DNA of 64,000 bases from Oopsacas minuta (Eukaryota > Animalia > Porifera): assembly GCA_024704765.1 (NCBI GenBank), contig JAKMXF010000303.1, positions 329,897 through 393,896 of the forward strand. Reading direction: 5' to 3'. Positions 40,641 to 52,365 of this stretch are shown here, one piece after another; the stretch's first letter is position 1; each line of letters starts with the position of its first letter. The position numbers and the translations under genes are program-made. Under the pieces are notes generated by a model, which searched no databases, had not been told where the DNA came from, and was given only the letters and a program-made list of their open reading frames with translations.

Positions 40641-41290
40641 CAGTAGAACCTCGTTAGTACGAACACTTAACGGATGCACCATTAAATTGGCAACTGAATT
40701 CAATTATTTTGGCAAACAAAGCAATTAATTTGACAAATGGTTAAAATTATACGCTCTATATATTGGTATCATTTCAACATTCCCATTTCCCTTTGTAAAG
40801 TGTGGATTCATATACTCAGACCAGAATGTTAAAAATGTATAGAAACATTATTTACATTAGTAACTTCTAGGTTGGGTTCTAAACAGTCAATAATTACTAG
40901 CAAGTAATTCTGAAATAGAAAATATGGTTAATTACTAGATATTCTTCTACATTAACAAATCCTCGCTAATAGTGTCTCTCTAAGGTAACGCTCCTAGTCG
41001 AATGAATAACAATTCCCTCTTTTGGGCCTGCCTGGCTTTTCAGTTCGGTTGCCAAAATAATTAAATTTTTAGTGCAGTTGCCAAAATAATTGAACTCAGT
41101 TGGCTAGATAATATTACATTCAACACTTAACACGGTTAATACGAATTTCCGGGTAAGACGAACAAATATTCACACAAAATCAGGTCCCTACAATGGTTTT
41201 CAATTGATGTTGCTACAGTTACTACGTACTTTGGATAAGAATTACAAATTTTGTATTTCAGTTCGTGCACGCATTAACGAGGTTCTACTG
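40641..41290. mobile_element. pogo/Tigger-like MITE, 650 bp, TA target duplication
   Basis: TA|CAGTAGAACCTCGTTAGT ... ATTAACGAGGTTCTACTG|TA; subterminal inverted repeat GGCAACTGAATTCAATTATTTTGGCAA / TTGCCAAAATAATTGAACTCAGTTGGC. Confidence 0.9.
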
Positions 41291-41461
41291 TAACACTCTT
41301 GTGTAGTATGTGATTGTAATAGAAGAGATGGAGACAAGAATTTGTCGTAATAGCCAGAACTAATATGTAATTTTCTGTCAGTTTTACTTCAAGAAGGTAT
41401 GAGTTTGAATGATTTCCAAACTGAGATTTAAATTTGAAATCATTTTAAAGTACCTGAACCC

Positions 41462-41570
41462 GATGAATACCAGTATCCCCCCCCGATGAATACCAGTATC
41501 CCCCCCCGATGAATACCAGTATCCCCCCCCGATGAATACCAGTATCCCCCCCCGATGAATGCCAGTATCA
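41462..41570. repeat. 23-bp tandem repeat (GATGAATACCAGTAT-C8) x4 plus a partial unit
   Basis: Directly visible; the unit derives from the NHL CDTGIHR codons. Confidence 0.95.
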
Positions 41571-41844
41571 CAAATATAAATATCTCCATTAGATTTATGA
41601 ATTAGTTGAAATTCTATTTTACCTGCTTCACTTCCACCTATTCCAGATATAAATATACCATCAAGTTGATAATTGAGAATACAACAATTAGAGTAGAAAT
41701 ATCCCAGAAAATAATAATCTCCTATCTCCACAAATAACTATATTGTGAGGACGTTTCATCTTCCCTTCGCCTACTCTGTCTCCAAATTGGAATATAAACT
41801 CACAACTAGTATCAAACACTTGTATACAATCTATATTTATTAAA

Positions 41845-41854
41845 TCTCAATTGT

Positions 41855-41914
<60 letters not shown>

Positions 41915-42522
41915 TTTGTTTGTTTGTTTGTTTGTCCGTTGTCAAGGAAAGGATTTACGGTATGCAATTGTGAAATTATTGCATAACTATGTATTTATTG
42001 TGTTTATCAAGGAAGTAAATAAAATTCAATAAACTTCACTAAATATATCGAACATACGAATCCGATTTTCACACTTTTGGATTAATCATATGTAAAATTA
42101 TTGTTGTTTTTATGAAAATAAAGTAAACAAATTATCCAAATCTCAAAATATACGTACAGGCTTGCTCTAAACGGCTACCCAGGGGTAACTAAGTACACTG
42201 AATCCGAATTTCGCATTTTCAAGTTTCTCATATGTAAATTTATTATTTTTATGTATATAAAGTAAATAAATTTCAAATTGTGATAGAATCATTCTTTAAC
42301 GACTTTACTGGGGTAATCGTATGCTGAGTCCAAATATGGTATTGTAAACAACAATTCATAAATATTTGTTCACTTTTGGGGTCATAAAGTAAGCAGATTT
42401 AAAGATAATGGCAGTATCATGTTTGCTACAGCTAAGATGAGTTTATGACTCGAGGGCCGTATGCGAGAGTGTGGACACAAAGTGTTCTCAACCGCGTAGC
42501 GCGAGCAAGCGAAGCGCGCTCG
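41845..42522 (+). mobile_element. Non-autonomous Helitron-like element, longest copy (678 bp)
   Basis: A|TCTCAATTGTT(TG)n(TTTG)nTCC ... GCAAGCGAAGCGCGCTCG|T. Confidence 0.75.
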
Positions 42523-42629
42523 TTCACATGAAATGAATAACTTGTCTGACCAATCGATAATAATTACTTGCATCATAATTATCTGTTAATTGAATTCGAA
42601 CACTAAGCACTATAATAACTAGAAGATTA

Positions 42630-43169
42630 TTAATAAGACCGATTATTATATCTCCCTCTTCCTCCAAAACCACCACCACCTCTCCCTCTCCCTCCACCCC
42701 TGGGGCTTTTGAACCCTCCACCCGATCCTCCCCTGCCACGAAATCCTCCACCCCCACGACCTCTGAACCCTCCTCTCCCTCTCCCTCCTCCCCCTCCCCC
42801 TCTACCCCTCGACTGCTTCGGTTGGCTGGGACGAGGCAGGAACCTCTCTAACGGCAGTAGCTTGTAAGGATCTATGTATAGTTTCTGATCTGGAGCGAAA
42901 GAGCTGGCTTTCATGTTGTCATCCAACTTGACAGAGAAGAAATAATCAGTCATAGGACCGAAGATATCATCTACCTTTCCTATTCGCTGCTTATTCTCAA
43001 GATATAGGGGAGCATTGAAGAAGGGAACCTTAGTGTGATCAGATTTACACACCAGATCTCCCTCACACGGCTGCAGAAAGTGCCCTACCTCCTCTACATG
43101 CTCAGGAGGACCTTGGTCATACTGACGACCTTTGTTTCTGAATGAATCTCTACCTCTCCCACGGTACAT
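42630..43169 (-). CDS. GAR1: H/ACA ribonucleoprotein complex subunit 1
   Basis: [63 protein letters not shown]-rich tail; first true ATG at 43169. Confidence 0.97.
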   Translation of the reverse strand: MYRGRGRDSFRNKGRQYDQGPPEHVEEVGHFLQPCEGDLVCKSDHTKVPFFNAPLYLENKQRIGKVDDIFGPMTDYFFSVKLDDNMKASSFAPDQKLYIDPYKLLPLERFLPRPSQPKQSRGRGGGGGGRGRGGFRGRGGGGFRGRGGSGGGFKSPRGGGRGRGGGGFGGRGRYNNRSY

Positions 43170-43475
43170 GCTCAACTGCTAATAACCAGGATTAAGTCTA
43201 AATTATGTTTATATATAAAGCCGACTATACACAATGTAATTTTGTTGCATGCAATTATGTATTTGGAATTTTGAGTACAAATTATAATTACATACTGTAG
43301 TTGCATGCAAGACTATTGCCATGGTGTATGTTGCGATGAAAATGTCTGATGACGATGTGTACGATTATCAAATATATGAAAGAGGTCTGATCCTAGACGT
43401 ATAATAATTTAATTCTTCAATAATATCGAGAACACATGTATCATAATAATCTACTATTATAATGAGTAGAATAAC

Positions 43476-43964
43476 CTAAAGCGCCTTGAGAGCTGCTTCG
43501 TAGAAATCTATACCAATATTAGCAGTAGCCCTATCTTCCTCACTAGATGCACTGTTCAGGTCCTGTTGACACTTGTCCAATCCTTTCTGAGCCTCTAATC
43601 TGTCCAGATGTGTGAGTGGAGCAGCTTCCTCTGCTAGTATCTGTACACTAGAATCTTCATTGACTGTTACAACACCACTGCTCACAAAGAACTTGTTTAT
43701 ATCTCCATTCTCTTCGTAGACACTAACCAGCCCCGGGCTGAGAGCTGCTATGACAGGCACGTGGTCAGGGAGTATACCCATGTCTCCACTCAGTGTTGAT
43801 ACATCTACTTGGCTGATGTTTTGTTTCTTGTAGAATGATTCATAAGGAGAGGAGAAAGTGAGGGGGAGCTCATTGAAATGATACCCTGAAGTGCTGACAG
43901 AGCGTGCCTGTAATCTGAGTAAGGGAACTGCTCTGTACAAAAGTAGAGGCAGTCTGGATACCAT
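43476..43964 (-). CDS. ATP5F1D: Mitochondrial ATP synthase subunit delta
   Basis: Presequence MVSRLPLLL..., LTFSSPYESFY, GDMGILPDHVP, FFVSSGVVTVNEDSSVQILAEEA; ATG at 43964. Confidence 0.97.
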   Translation of the reverse strand: MVSRLPLLLYRAVPLLRLQARSVSTSGYHFNELPLTFSSPYESFYKKQNISQVDVSTLSGDMGILPDHVPVIAALSPGLVSVYEENGDINKFFVSSGVVTVNEDSSVQILAEEAAPLTHLDRLEAQKGLDKCQQDLNSASSEEDRATANIGIDFYEAALKAL

Positions 43965-44036
43965 TATTATGTATGCTATTAAATAATAATCAGTAGGAAT
44001 TTGTATAAACAACTAAAATTAACACAAAATTAGTAA

Positions 44037-45083
44037 TTACACCATTCCAGAATAAAATACATTTATATTCTTTTTCAAATCACCCGCTAAGAATTCTCCC
44101 GCCTGTTTTGCTCCCAGATAACACGCCCCCACAGCTGATGTTGTAATCAGCTGTACTATAGTTAGTTGGAACGGTTCCATCCCCTTCTCAAGTCGTCCTT
44201 CTTTGACACGCTTCAAGAAAGAACTCTTCAACAGATCCCAGCTCTTCCACACACCTCCAGCAGCTACTACCAGTAGTCCTGTATCCTTTTCCTTCAGTAC
44301 AGACTCTGTCACGTAACCTAACAGAGCAACTACATGCTGTCCAAGATCTCGACCAGCTGTATCGAATAGACTCAAGCTAAGCGCGTCACCAGCAGTAGCT
44401 AACCCTGCTATTTCACGACAGAATCCAGCTATACTACCTTTACAAAACTCAGTATAGAAGTGCTGTAGTATATCCTTCTGCTCTTTCATGTCGAAATACT
44501 TATACAATTCAGTCTCTACACGAGTGACGTCATGCTGAGAACTATGGTAACCATCTCTGTGGTCAATAACAATTTTAATTCCTGACCAGCTGATCTGGTA
44601 AGCAGACCCCTCATCCCCTAACATGTTACCCCACCCCCCACAGTTATGAGTGATCCCATCTGGTGACAACAGCTGGCAGTTAGATCCACTACCAGCTATT
44701 AGCACCATACCTCCGTTCATAGAGGCTGTGTGTATTGCTCCCATTGTATCACTCCCTACAAATATGAACTCAGCTCTGCTCTTCATTGCTTGTTTGATTC
44801 TCTCTTGTACATCAGTCTTCTCAGCTCCACTGAGTGTCATACCTATACTACATATAACAGCTGATTCCTCTACTCCTGCACACTTTAGCAGCTGTACAAT
44901 TATGTCGTGGAGAGTAGCGAAACATCTCTGCTCTCCTACCAAGTAGTAGTTAGTGCTACCTGTCTCAATCTGACTCACTACCTCACCTCCAGAGTTCATT
45001 AGTACTCCTACAGAGTGAGATCCACCCCCGTCTATACCGCAATAGTATACTTCTTTAAATCTGAGTGCTTCTATGCCAGCCAT
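44037..45083 (-). CDS. NAGK: N-acetyl-D-glucosamine kinase
   Basis: YCGIDGGGSHS, IGMTLSGAE, GGMVLIAGSGSNC, CGGWGNMLGDEGSAY, VAAGGVWKSW. Confidence 0.95.
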   Translation of the reverse strand: MAGIEALRFKEVYYCGIDGGGSHSVGVLMNSGGEVVSQIETGSTNYYLVGEQRCFATLHDIIVQLLKCAGVEESAVICSIGMTLSGAEKTDVQERIKQAMKSRAEFIFVGSDTMGAIHTASMNGGMVLIAGSGSNCQLLSPDGITHNCGGWGNMLGDEGSAYQISWSGIKIVIDHRDGYHSSQHDVTRVETELYKYFDMKEQKDILQHFYTEFCKGSIAGFCREIAGLATAGDALSLSLFDTAGRDLGQHVVALLGYVTESVLKEKDTGLLVVAAGGVWKSWDLLKSSFLKRVKEGRLEKGMEPFQLTIVQLITTSAVGACYLGAKQAGEFLAGDLKKNINVFYSGMV

Positions 45084-45555
45084 ATCTATCCTACAGTACT
45101 ACACTCACTCGTTAGTTTAATACCTACTACAGTGATATCTCCACAAACGGGGCATGTGGAAACGGGGAACTTCTGTGAACGGAGTGAAAAATAAATATAG
45201 CGAATTCCTAGTGCTAGTCCTATACAAGTGAACCTCCGAAAACGGGAGATTGCAGAAAAGTGGTAGCATTTTTCGCTGTCCCAGACACACCATTTGTGGA
45301 GGTTATATTGTACATTGAATCGCCTAGCAATAAGTCCAAATGCTTAAGTATAAGAGACCATGCATGTTGTGATAATTTACCACGGAATAATATATTAAAT
45401 TAATAAAGTTGTCAAAGAAAATCGTACAAGTTCATGATATACAAACTGAGTCTGAAAAAGTTCCAAAAGCAATCAATACAGCTGATGGATTAAGAAATGA
45501 AATGATATTATGCAGACGTAGACTGAGTGAAAAACAAACAAACTGTAAGAGACGG

Positions 45556-46785
45556 TTATGAGCTGAGATATAGTGTGATAGATCCGATATGCTGATTGTG
45601 CATAATTTCAAATATTATGTCCTGGAAGCCGCAACAGAATGTAGGAGAGAATGGATTAGTCGTGTTAGTAGATCCTCTATTTAAGATTGCTAGCTCTTCT
45701 CTTGGCTGTCCAACAAATCCCTCTATTTCATTCCATCGTGTGCAGGGGTTTATCTGTAGTGTGCTACCCTCTGATTGTCCTACGCCCCCACGGGTCATAC
45801 GGATACTGAACGGACACCGTGCGTATATATCAAAGTTATAATGTCCTGGGAAGTTAGTGTGAAGGATAAACTTCTTGACACGACTAGTTTTAGCATCACA
45901 TAATATATCTACTCCCAGAGAGAAATAGTTACAGAAAAAGTCTGATTGTTTGCGAGTATGCATAGTTTTCTTCATTGAATGAATCCGCATCTTATCTTCA
46001 TCTTTGTAGAATATCTTAGAGGGAGAACCTAGGGCACTTAGAACGTCTTGTAGCTTGTCGTTAAATAATACTTTCTTGAGTACAACCTCTTGTGCTTGTG
46101 TCTCAGAAATAGAAGAAGTAATGTTAGTGTACTCTCTGTCTAGATAGAATGCTAGTCCCTGAAGTCTCTCCTTAGTCCACAAGGCCTCAACACGAGCAGC
46201 ATGCACAGCCCCTGACAAGAACTTGGTAGGGATAACAGGTACAGGGGAGGTGTTTAGATTATCTCCTGAGAATATTGATATATTAGATACCACGGGACTA
46301 GGACTGCTCTGTCTAACTTGTATAGATTCTAACCCAAACTGCTGGGAATGAAGCAGTCGTGACGCTAAGTTGAAGTGAAATGAAATGCCTCTATAGTTGA
46401 TAGCGAGTAGATTTTGATCTGAGTTGTATACACCAGGGACAGTAGCACCGAATGTTTGATAAACTAAATCAAGAGTAGGTTGTATCTGTGGTGAGCAGAA
46501 GGTCCTGTTAGAGTAGATCAGCATTACTTTTGATACGTCGTATATCTCTATAGTACGGAGTCTCTGAGTGCTACAGTCAAATACCAGAGCTATGCCATCC
46601 TGAGACAGGTAGAGACAGATGTCTTTGTCAAGTGGGTTCTGATCGGAGTAGACTAGAGTTACGTTCTTAATCTCTTCCACCTGCTGGCGGATTATGTGGA
46701 TAACTTGCGGGAGTGGCATTCCCAGGATCAAGGACCAACAGCGAGTGCCGATAGAATGTTCAGGAGAAACTGACAATTCAAGCAT
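45556..46785 (-). CDS. PHAF1: UPF0183 / phagosome assembly factor 1 (C16orf70 homolog)
   Basis: LGMPLPQVI..IKNVTLVYSDQNPL, DGIALVFD..TQRLRTIE, QTFGATVPG, SALGSPSKIFYKDEDKMRIH, NYFSLGVDIL, KFILHTNFPGHYNF. Confidence 0.92.
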   Translation of the reverse strand: MLELSVSPEHSIGTRCWSLILGMPLPQVIHIIRQQVEEIKNVTLVYSDQNPLDKDICLYLSQDGIALVFDCSTQRLRTIEIYDVSKVMLIYSNRTFCSPQIQPTLDLVYQTFGATVPGVYNSDQNLLAINYRGISFHFNLASRLLHSQQFGLESIQVRQSSPSPVVSNISIFSGDNLNTSPVPVIPTKFLSGAVHAARVEALWTKERLQGLAFYLDREYTNITSSISETQAQEVVLKKVLFNDKLQDVLSALGSPSKIFYKDEDKMRIHSMKKTMHTRKQSDFFCNYFSLGVDILCDAKTSRVKKFILHTNFPGHYNFDIYARCPFSIRMTRGGVGQSEGSTLQINPCTRWNEIEGFVGQPREELAILNRGSTNTTNPFSPTFCCGFQDIIFEIMHNQHIGSITLYLSS

Positions 46786-46997
46786 TTTCTCTATAATAGA
46801 CAGAAAAGCTATTCATGAAGGAATAAAAGTATTACTCAATCTTTTGGATGGTTATTGTACCATAATTATGATGATTTAATAGATCCAAAGGAAAATCAGG
46901 ATTCAATTCAGCTATAAAGCCTAGAAATATAATACACCAGCTTATGGAGACAAGTAAATTATTCAAATAGTAGAAAGATGCCTCAAATAAAGAGGTA

Positions 46998-47232
46998 CCG
47001 TAAACTGGGGCTACTTTGGCCCACTGGGTTTGCTTTAGCCCAAATATTGAATTTGCTTACGTATCGAATAGATATTGTATTTGTATTCGAAATTGTCTCC
47101 CGATATTTGAAAATTCGCTAAAATTTTGGCAAGTCATTTTCAAGTATAATACTGAATCTAAACTAGTTTCTTTGAAACTTTGATATTTGGGCTAAAGCAA
47201 ACCCAGTGAGCCAAAGTAGCCCCAGTTTACGG
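46998..47232. mobile_element. pogo-like MITE with ~55-bp TIRs, TA duplication
   Basis: TA|CCGTAAACTGGGGCTACTTTGGCCCACTGGGTTTGCTTTAGCCCAAATAT ... ATATTTGGGCTAAAGCAAACCCAGTGAGCCAAAGTAGCCCCAGTTTACGG|TA. Confidence 0.92.
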
Positions 47233-48371
47233 TATTTAAAAGTACTCTTTGCATGCGCTAAAATTAATGTCATAATACTTTAGCATAATAGATACACATT
47301 TGTAAATAATTATTAATTAATTCAGCCATTTTTTGGATTATTATATAATTATTAGTTATCAGTTAGTGTTTACATTTTATGTTCTATTAGCACCAGGGAA
47401 TTTGATATTTGGAATGATGTACTCTCTCTCTGAGAGCCTTCTACTCGGTTTCAACTCGATGACTAACTTAAATCTAGCTTGTTGACGTATGATAGTTAAT
47501 AAACATGAAAACTAACTTCTCCCAATGCAAAGTTAAGTACTTTGCGTAATTTTTCCATCATAAATCGGCGAGGTCGATGTTATAGTTAAGCAAATTAGCT
47601 AAATCTGGTTCAGCAACATCTGATGAGCTGCAGAGCTATAGAGCTGGTAGGGTGGGTTGAAGAGGTTCCTATTCGTAGAATTGAAACAAGCGATCAATGA
47701 TCTTTCAATTTACCCTCGATGAGCATTAACAAACAACCTATTTGAAAGACTCTTTACCATTAATGGTTACCGAACCTCTCCAAGTGAAAACGATCCCCAC
47801 ATGCTCACCTGTGAGTTCAGTGAACTTTCTAACAGCTGTAAAGAGATGCTCTTTAGCGTTTCCTTGAGTAATTTTAGGCATTTGTAACTTTAGATTTATT
47901 TGAAACAAGAACTGTTTGTATTTATATTAAATGTGTCACTGGATCGTAAGATATCCCAAGAAACGTGTCTAATTAGGAATTCAACCCTAAACTAATCCAC
48001 TAATGTCTCTGATTTTGAAGTGACGGTTTGAAAAGTGATGTCTAGAATTATACCACTGTGCATTGAGATGTTTATTAACTATCATACGTCAACAAGCTAG
48101 ATTTAAGTTAGTCATCGAGTTGAAACCGAGTAGAAGGCTGTCAGAGAGAGAGAGAGTACATCATTTCAAATATAAATTCCCTGGTGCTAATAGAACATAA
48201 AGTGTAGACACTAACTGATAACTAATAATTATATAACTAATCTTCATATAATAATCCCAAAAAATGGCTGAATTAATAAATAATTACTTACAAATGTATA
48301 TCTATTATACTAAAGTATTATGACATTAACTTCAGCGCATGCAAAGAGTACGCGCTGAGTACTTTTAAATA
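47233..48371. mobile_element. Long-TIR (foldback/Mutator-like) element with ~270-300-bp arms around a decayed ORF
   Basis: 47233-47506 is the reverse complement of 48068-48371; the core carries a minus-strand ORF from ATG 47881 with multiple stops. Confidence 0.8.
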
Positions 48372-49030
48372 TATGCAAATAAAGTACACAATATCAGGGC
48401 TCTCAACTTGGAAACCTAGTTGAGAGTCTGATATTGTGAATCGTGAGATTTTTGACCAATCTCTCAATTTTGAAGGTTCATGGTCAGAGTGTAATGTATC
48501 ATTACACTCTCTCTGGAAATTGAATATTTCAAATATACAAGTAGTAAAATTGGGATTACACAATTCGTATTCAAAACACTATCCATAAATTTGTGAAAAG
48601 TAAAAATATAATCTTTCCAGACGGGTATTAATTTGGGATAGGCAGAGATGAGAAACATGTACTCTATAACTTTGCATGGCTTGACAGATAACAACACAGT
48701 TCATAAATATAACACTGATTGATCTCAGGTTAATCGAGATACTTTTACGAAGGATTCAGCAGTCCATTAATTGATTGTAAATTATCTGGATTTTTGCTTA
48801 ATGTGGTATGAGATGCAACACTGAATATATCACACACAACCATGAATGCATAACTTAAATTAGCAACTTATAAATCTGAGTAATTTAAGTGTAAATCTTG
48901 CACACAACTCAACTTCATTCTTATATTTGATTGCTAGTCCGAATGTGTGCGTAAAACAATCTTCTTGTGACCCCCACTAATTTCTATAATTGGGGTACTA
49001 AGAGGAGGAAATTACCATCTTTAATGTTAA

Positions 49031-49112
49031 TCTCAATTGTTGTGCTGTTTGTTTGTTTGTTTGTGTTGTTTGTCCGTTGTTAAGGAAAGATTTATGGTAT
49101 GCTATTTGATCA
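49031..49112 (+). mobile_element. 5' part of a Helitron-like element
   Basis: A|TCTCAATTGTT..(GTTT)n..GTCCGTTGTTAAGGAAAG.TTTATGGTATGC. Confidence 0.6.
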
Positions 49113-49312
49113 TTACGTATTAGTGCTTTTGACAAAAAATGTGGAAATTGTGTTTGATATCTACAATTGCTCTATGGTCGAGGCTATCAAATAATTGCAT
49201 ATAAAAATTACAATATGAATCAGAAGATCTTTATAAGGAAACTAGAATGAGAATCGGAACGCTTTTAAGGATTGTATATTGCCATAATAATACAAGTATA
49301 CTTATTTTCGGG

Positions 49313-49837
49313 TTATGTTTCATGAAAGAAATCTGACTTGAAGACTATCCTCGGAGCTGCTGCTATCTGTTCGGGAGTAAACTCACTCAAGCGAGTAAAG
49401 TTAGACGGACCTTCCAGCTCCATAGAAATGTTAGAATTGAACGGATGCCTATCTCCCGGGAATAAATGTAAGTTCTCCATGAATCGCCTCTTACTAACAG
49501 GTAGTAGTTTAAACACAGCTCGTCTCAGCACCATGGTAGGGTCCAGTTTGTGTGCTTGTTCATGTGTCATAGACCTGAGTTGTCCGGGATACCCAGTATG
49601 CCAGCGTATCACTCTTGACTTCCAAGCATTTCTGTGCATGACCAGATTTGCACAGTTAGTAATCACCACACAGTCTCCATTACCTGAATTGGGTGCGTAA
49701 ATAGGCTTATGGAGACCTAGCAATATCCGTGAAACTATGTCAGCTACTCTACCCAGAATCTGTTTGTCTCCGTTCATTATGAACCAGATGGTAGAGTGAG
49801 TCCGTAACATCTGACTCAGATTTCTGTTAAGCGCCAT
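49313..49837 (-). CDS. MRPL13: Mitochondrial ribosomal protein uL13m
   Basis: WFIMNGDKQILGRVA, LLGLHKPIY, GDCVVITN, WHTGYPGQL, DPTMVLRRAVFKLLP. Confidence 0.93.
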   Translation of the reverse strand: MALNRNLSQMLRTHSTIWFIMNGDKQILGRVADIVSRILLGLHKPIYAPNSGNGDCVVITNCANLVMHRNAWKSRVIRWHTGYPGQLRSMTHEQAHKLDPTMVLRRAVFKLLPVSKRRFMENLHLFPGDRHPFNSNISMELEGPSNFTRLSEFTPEQIAAAPRIVFKSDFFHET

Positions 49838-51132
49838 ATAACCTAAGTTGCTTAGTTACAAAATAGGACATAAGTTATGCTGACTCATAAATAAGCCACC
49901 CTCTGACCCTCGGAGATACTTCACCCTAAGTAACGGTAGATTAATATCTTTATAGTGAGGGCATTATTCACTGCAGCGGGTATTAATATATAGGTCCCTC
50001 TGCGGGAGCGATTATCCAGAGTGGGGGTTACTATTCAAGTAAATCATTACCCATACCAGCTAATGTATTGCAGTGAAATCACTGGGATGTATGGTTTTCC
50101 TGGATATATCGCTAGTCCAGGGGTGTATGACTAAAATCGCTTGATCTACTCAGACTATAATCCCTAACTATTGGTAAAAAAGTAAATCTGGACAGATGGC
50201 AGGGGAGGAGTGATATAATCTTATATACTGATATGATTAGTGTTATTATAATATATTAAGTAAATCAGTAGAAATTTGACTCTCTATTGGGTAATTCTAA
50301 TATTCCGTTAATATTTCAAGGTAAGTCATAGACACTTGCTATTATCTATGCGTATGCGGCGCGCTTTCAGGCGCATGAATTTCAGTAAATACATTTCTGG
50401 GCATAGAAAAATCCGACCAGGCTCCCATATCGTAATACAAAATGAGAGGCTGGGTACTAGGCACTAGGAATGAATCGAACGAGTTTACGAACGAGTTCCT
50501 ATTTTGGTGAAATATACTGAGTTTGTAAACAAAATATTTCCCTCATGGAAGTCCATAGCTGTATGTTATTAATCGTCATATTTTGTGATATAACAAACCT
50601 GCAGCACGGAAGTGTTGATAGCAATTATGATAAATTGTAAGACAATGATGATGATATGGCCTTACTCTATCCTCTTTATTCTTATTAATCATACTATTAA
50701 CAATAATAGAAATCCAACTATATGAAATGATCGATAAATGTATTGTTATAGCATGAATTCAGTGAATATTTTGGTGTTAAAACCTCAAACAAATCGGCCA
50801 AGATCAGCCAAGACCTAGTTCTCTGTCGATTTACGGCACTAGGCGTATGATCCTGATAACTTGGATAAGCCCTTGCATGGTCATAGTAGTTGTGAAGTGC
50901 CTGATAGGTTGTTCTGGGATAGACCAGCAATATTACAAATACTGTAATATGTAATAGAATCAGGTCTAGGTCATATATATAATACCAGATATAAGAAAAT
51001 AAATAAATCGATTACAAACCTAATGTATTTTCACATAAAATAATATTCTACCTCTTTGAATGAGAAATAAGCTAATAGCTTGCTCTAAGCACTGCCAAAT
51101 CCACAAAGGCGTTACAAATTATTTTGTCTGTC

Positions 51133-52365
51133 CTAAAAGATTTGAAGGCAGTTCTTTACACCTTGAGATACAACAATAATATTTCCAGAATTATCCATGG
51201 TAACTCCCATCGGAGAGTTAGAAATAGGAATTTCATGAAGTGATTCGAATTGAGGATTGAAAATAGAAACGCAATTAGAAACACAATCTGAAATTAGAAT
51301 GTCATCATTAATATCTACTTAGAAGTAATACGAGTTAGGAATTTGATTTCCTTTCCCTCGAGATATTGCGTTCCTTTGTAAAATGAGATTTGAGTCGAAT
51401 AGATGACGACAAGGATTGGATTCGTCTAATATGTAAACGTATTTTTCAGATATTTTGATGTCATGAGGGAATTTTAGTGTGTATTTACCAAACTGTGATT
51501 TGAATTTGAATTCGCTAGAAAGTACCTGTATAAGATTGTTATAATAATCACAAATATAAATCTCTTGATTTTCTCTATTAATGGTCAGTGCTAGAGGATT
51601 GTTAAATTCAACTTCTCCTTTTCCAGATTTGCCAATTTTAGAAATAAACTCTCCATCTAGTTTATAACATAGGGTACAATGATTGCCTTGAAGTACAATA
51701 ATATTAGTCGCACTGATAGCCACAGATCTTGGATAGTGTATCTTACCTTATTACCTCCGAATTTGAACAGATAATTACCAGAACTGTCAAAAACTTTAAC
51801 ACAGTTATTCAACTGATCTGCTACATAAATATTACCAGTTCTTACATCAACAATCACTCCTCTCGCATCATTAAGTTCATTCGTTCTATTACCTTTCTCA
51901 CAAAGACTAACAACAGGCTGTATCTTGCTTTTATAGTTTATTTTACTTGTCATAACCTCCACTAGCCGACCCAAATTATTAACCTCAGCGAACAGTTTCT
52001 TATCATCACACACAAATTGGAACTTTTTGGGATCTGCAAGACTTTGACTATTTCTATTTTTTGATCCAACTGAGTGAGGAAATCCTCCAATAGAATCTAT
52101 TAGGGAACTGGTTAATTCTTCTTTGAGAACTGATCTCCTTCTTTCCAGAGCAATCTTCCTATTATTCTCTTTATCAACTTTAATTTGTATGAGCGATAAG
52201 ATGTTATAATGTTATCTAACTGTTTCAACAACTCATTTCCCCGTTTTTTCAAGGAATCGGTTAATTCCATGAATCGTGTTTGAATCGCTTCTCTAACTAA
52301 GCTTAATTCCAATTCATAGTTATCTCTTTTAATGCATCTTCACTAGGAATAGCAGTAACCATCAT
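51133..52365 (-). pseudogene. Full-length but frameshifted coiled-coil + NHL-repeat gene
   Basis: Colinear with 53453..54676 but broken over ORFs 52112..52312, 51657..52013 and 51319..51723; ends with PMGVT...NCLQIF-TAG. Confidence 0.85.

Larger units (their letters stand above)
40409..41785 (-). pseudogene. 5'-truncated NHL-repeat pseudogene split by a MITE
   Basis: Colinear with the 3' half of 53453..54676 (TCAAAATATCTGAA..ACAATT; CILNYQLDG; IYICDTG); frameshifts; interrupted at a TA by 40641..41290. Confidence 0.8.

Noticed and set aside
41462-41570. CRISPR-like array
   Set aside because: Units are contiguous with no unique spacers, no cas genes are present, and the context is eukaryotic; the same applies to the 54.9-kb repeat
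43965-44012. Longer ATP5F1D and GAR1 starts proposed by the ORF track
   Set aside because: Non-ATG starts; the first ATGs (43964 and 43169) give a proper presequence and N-terminus
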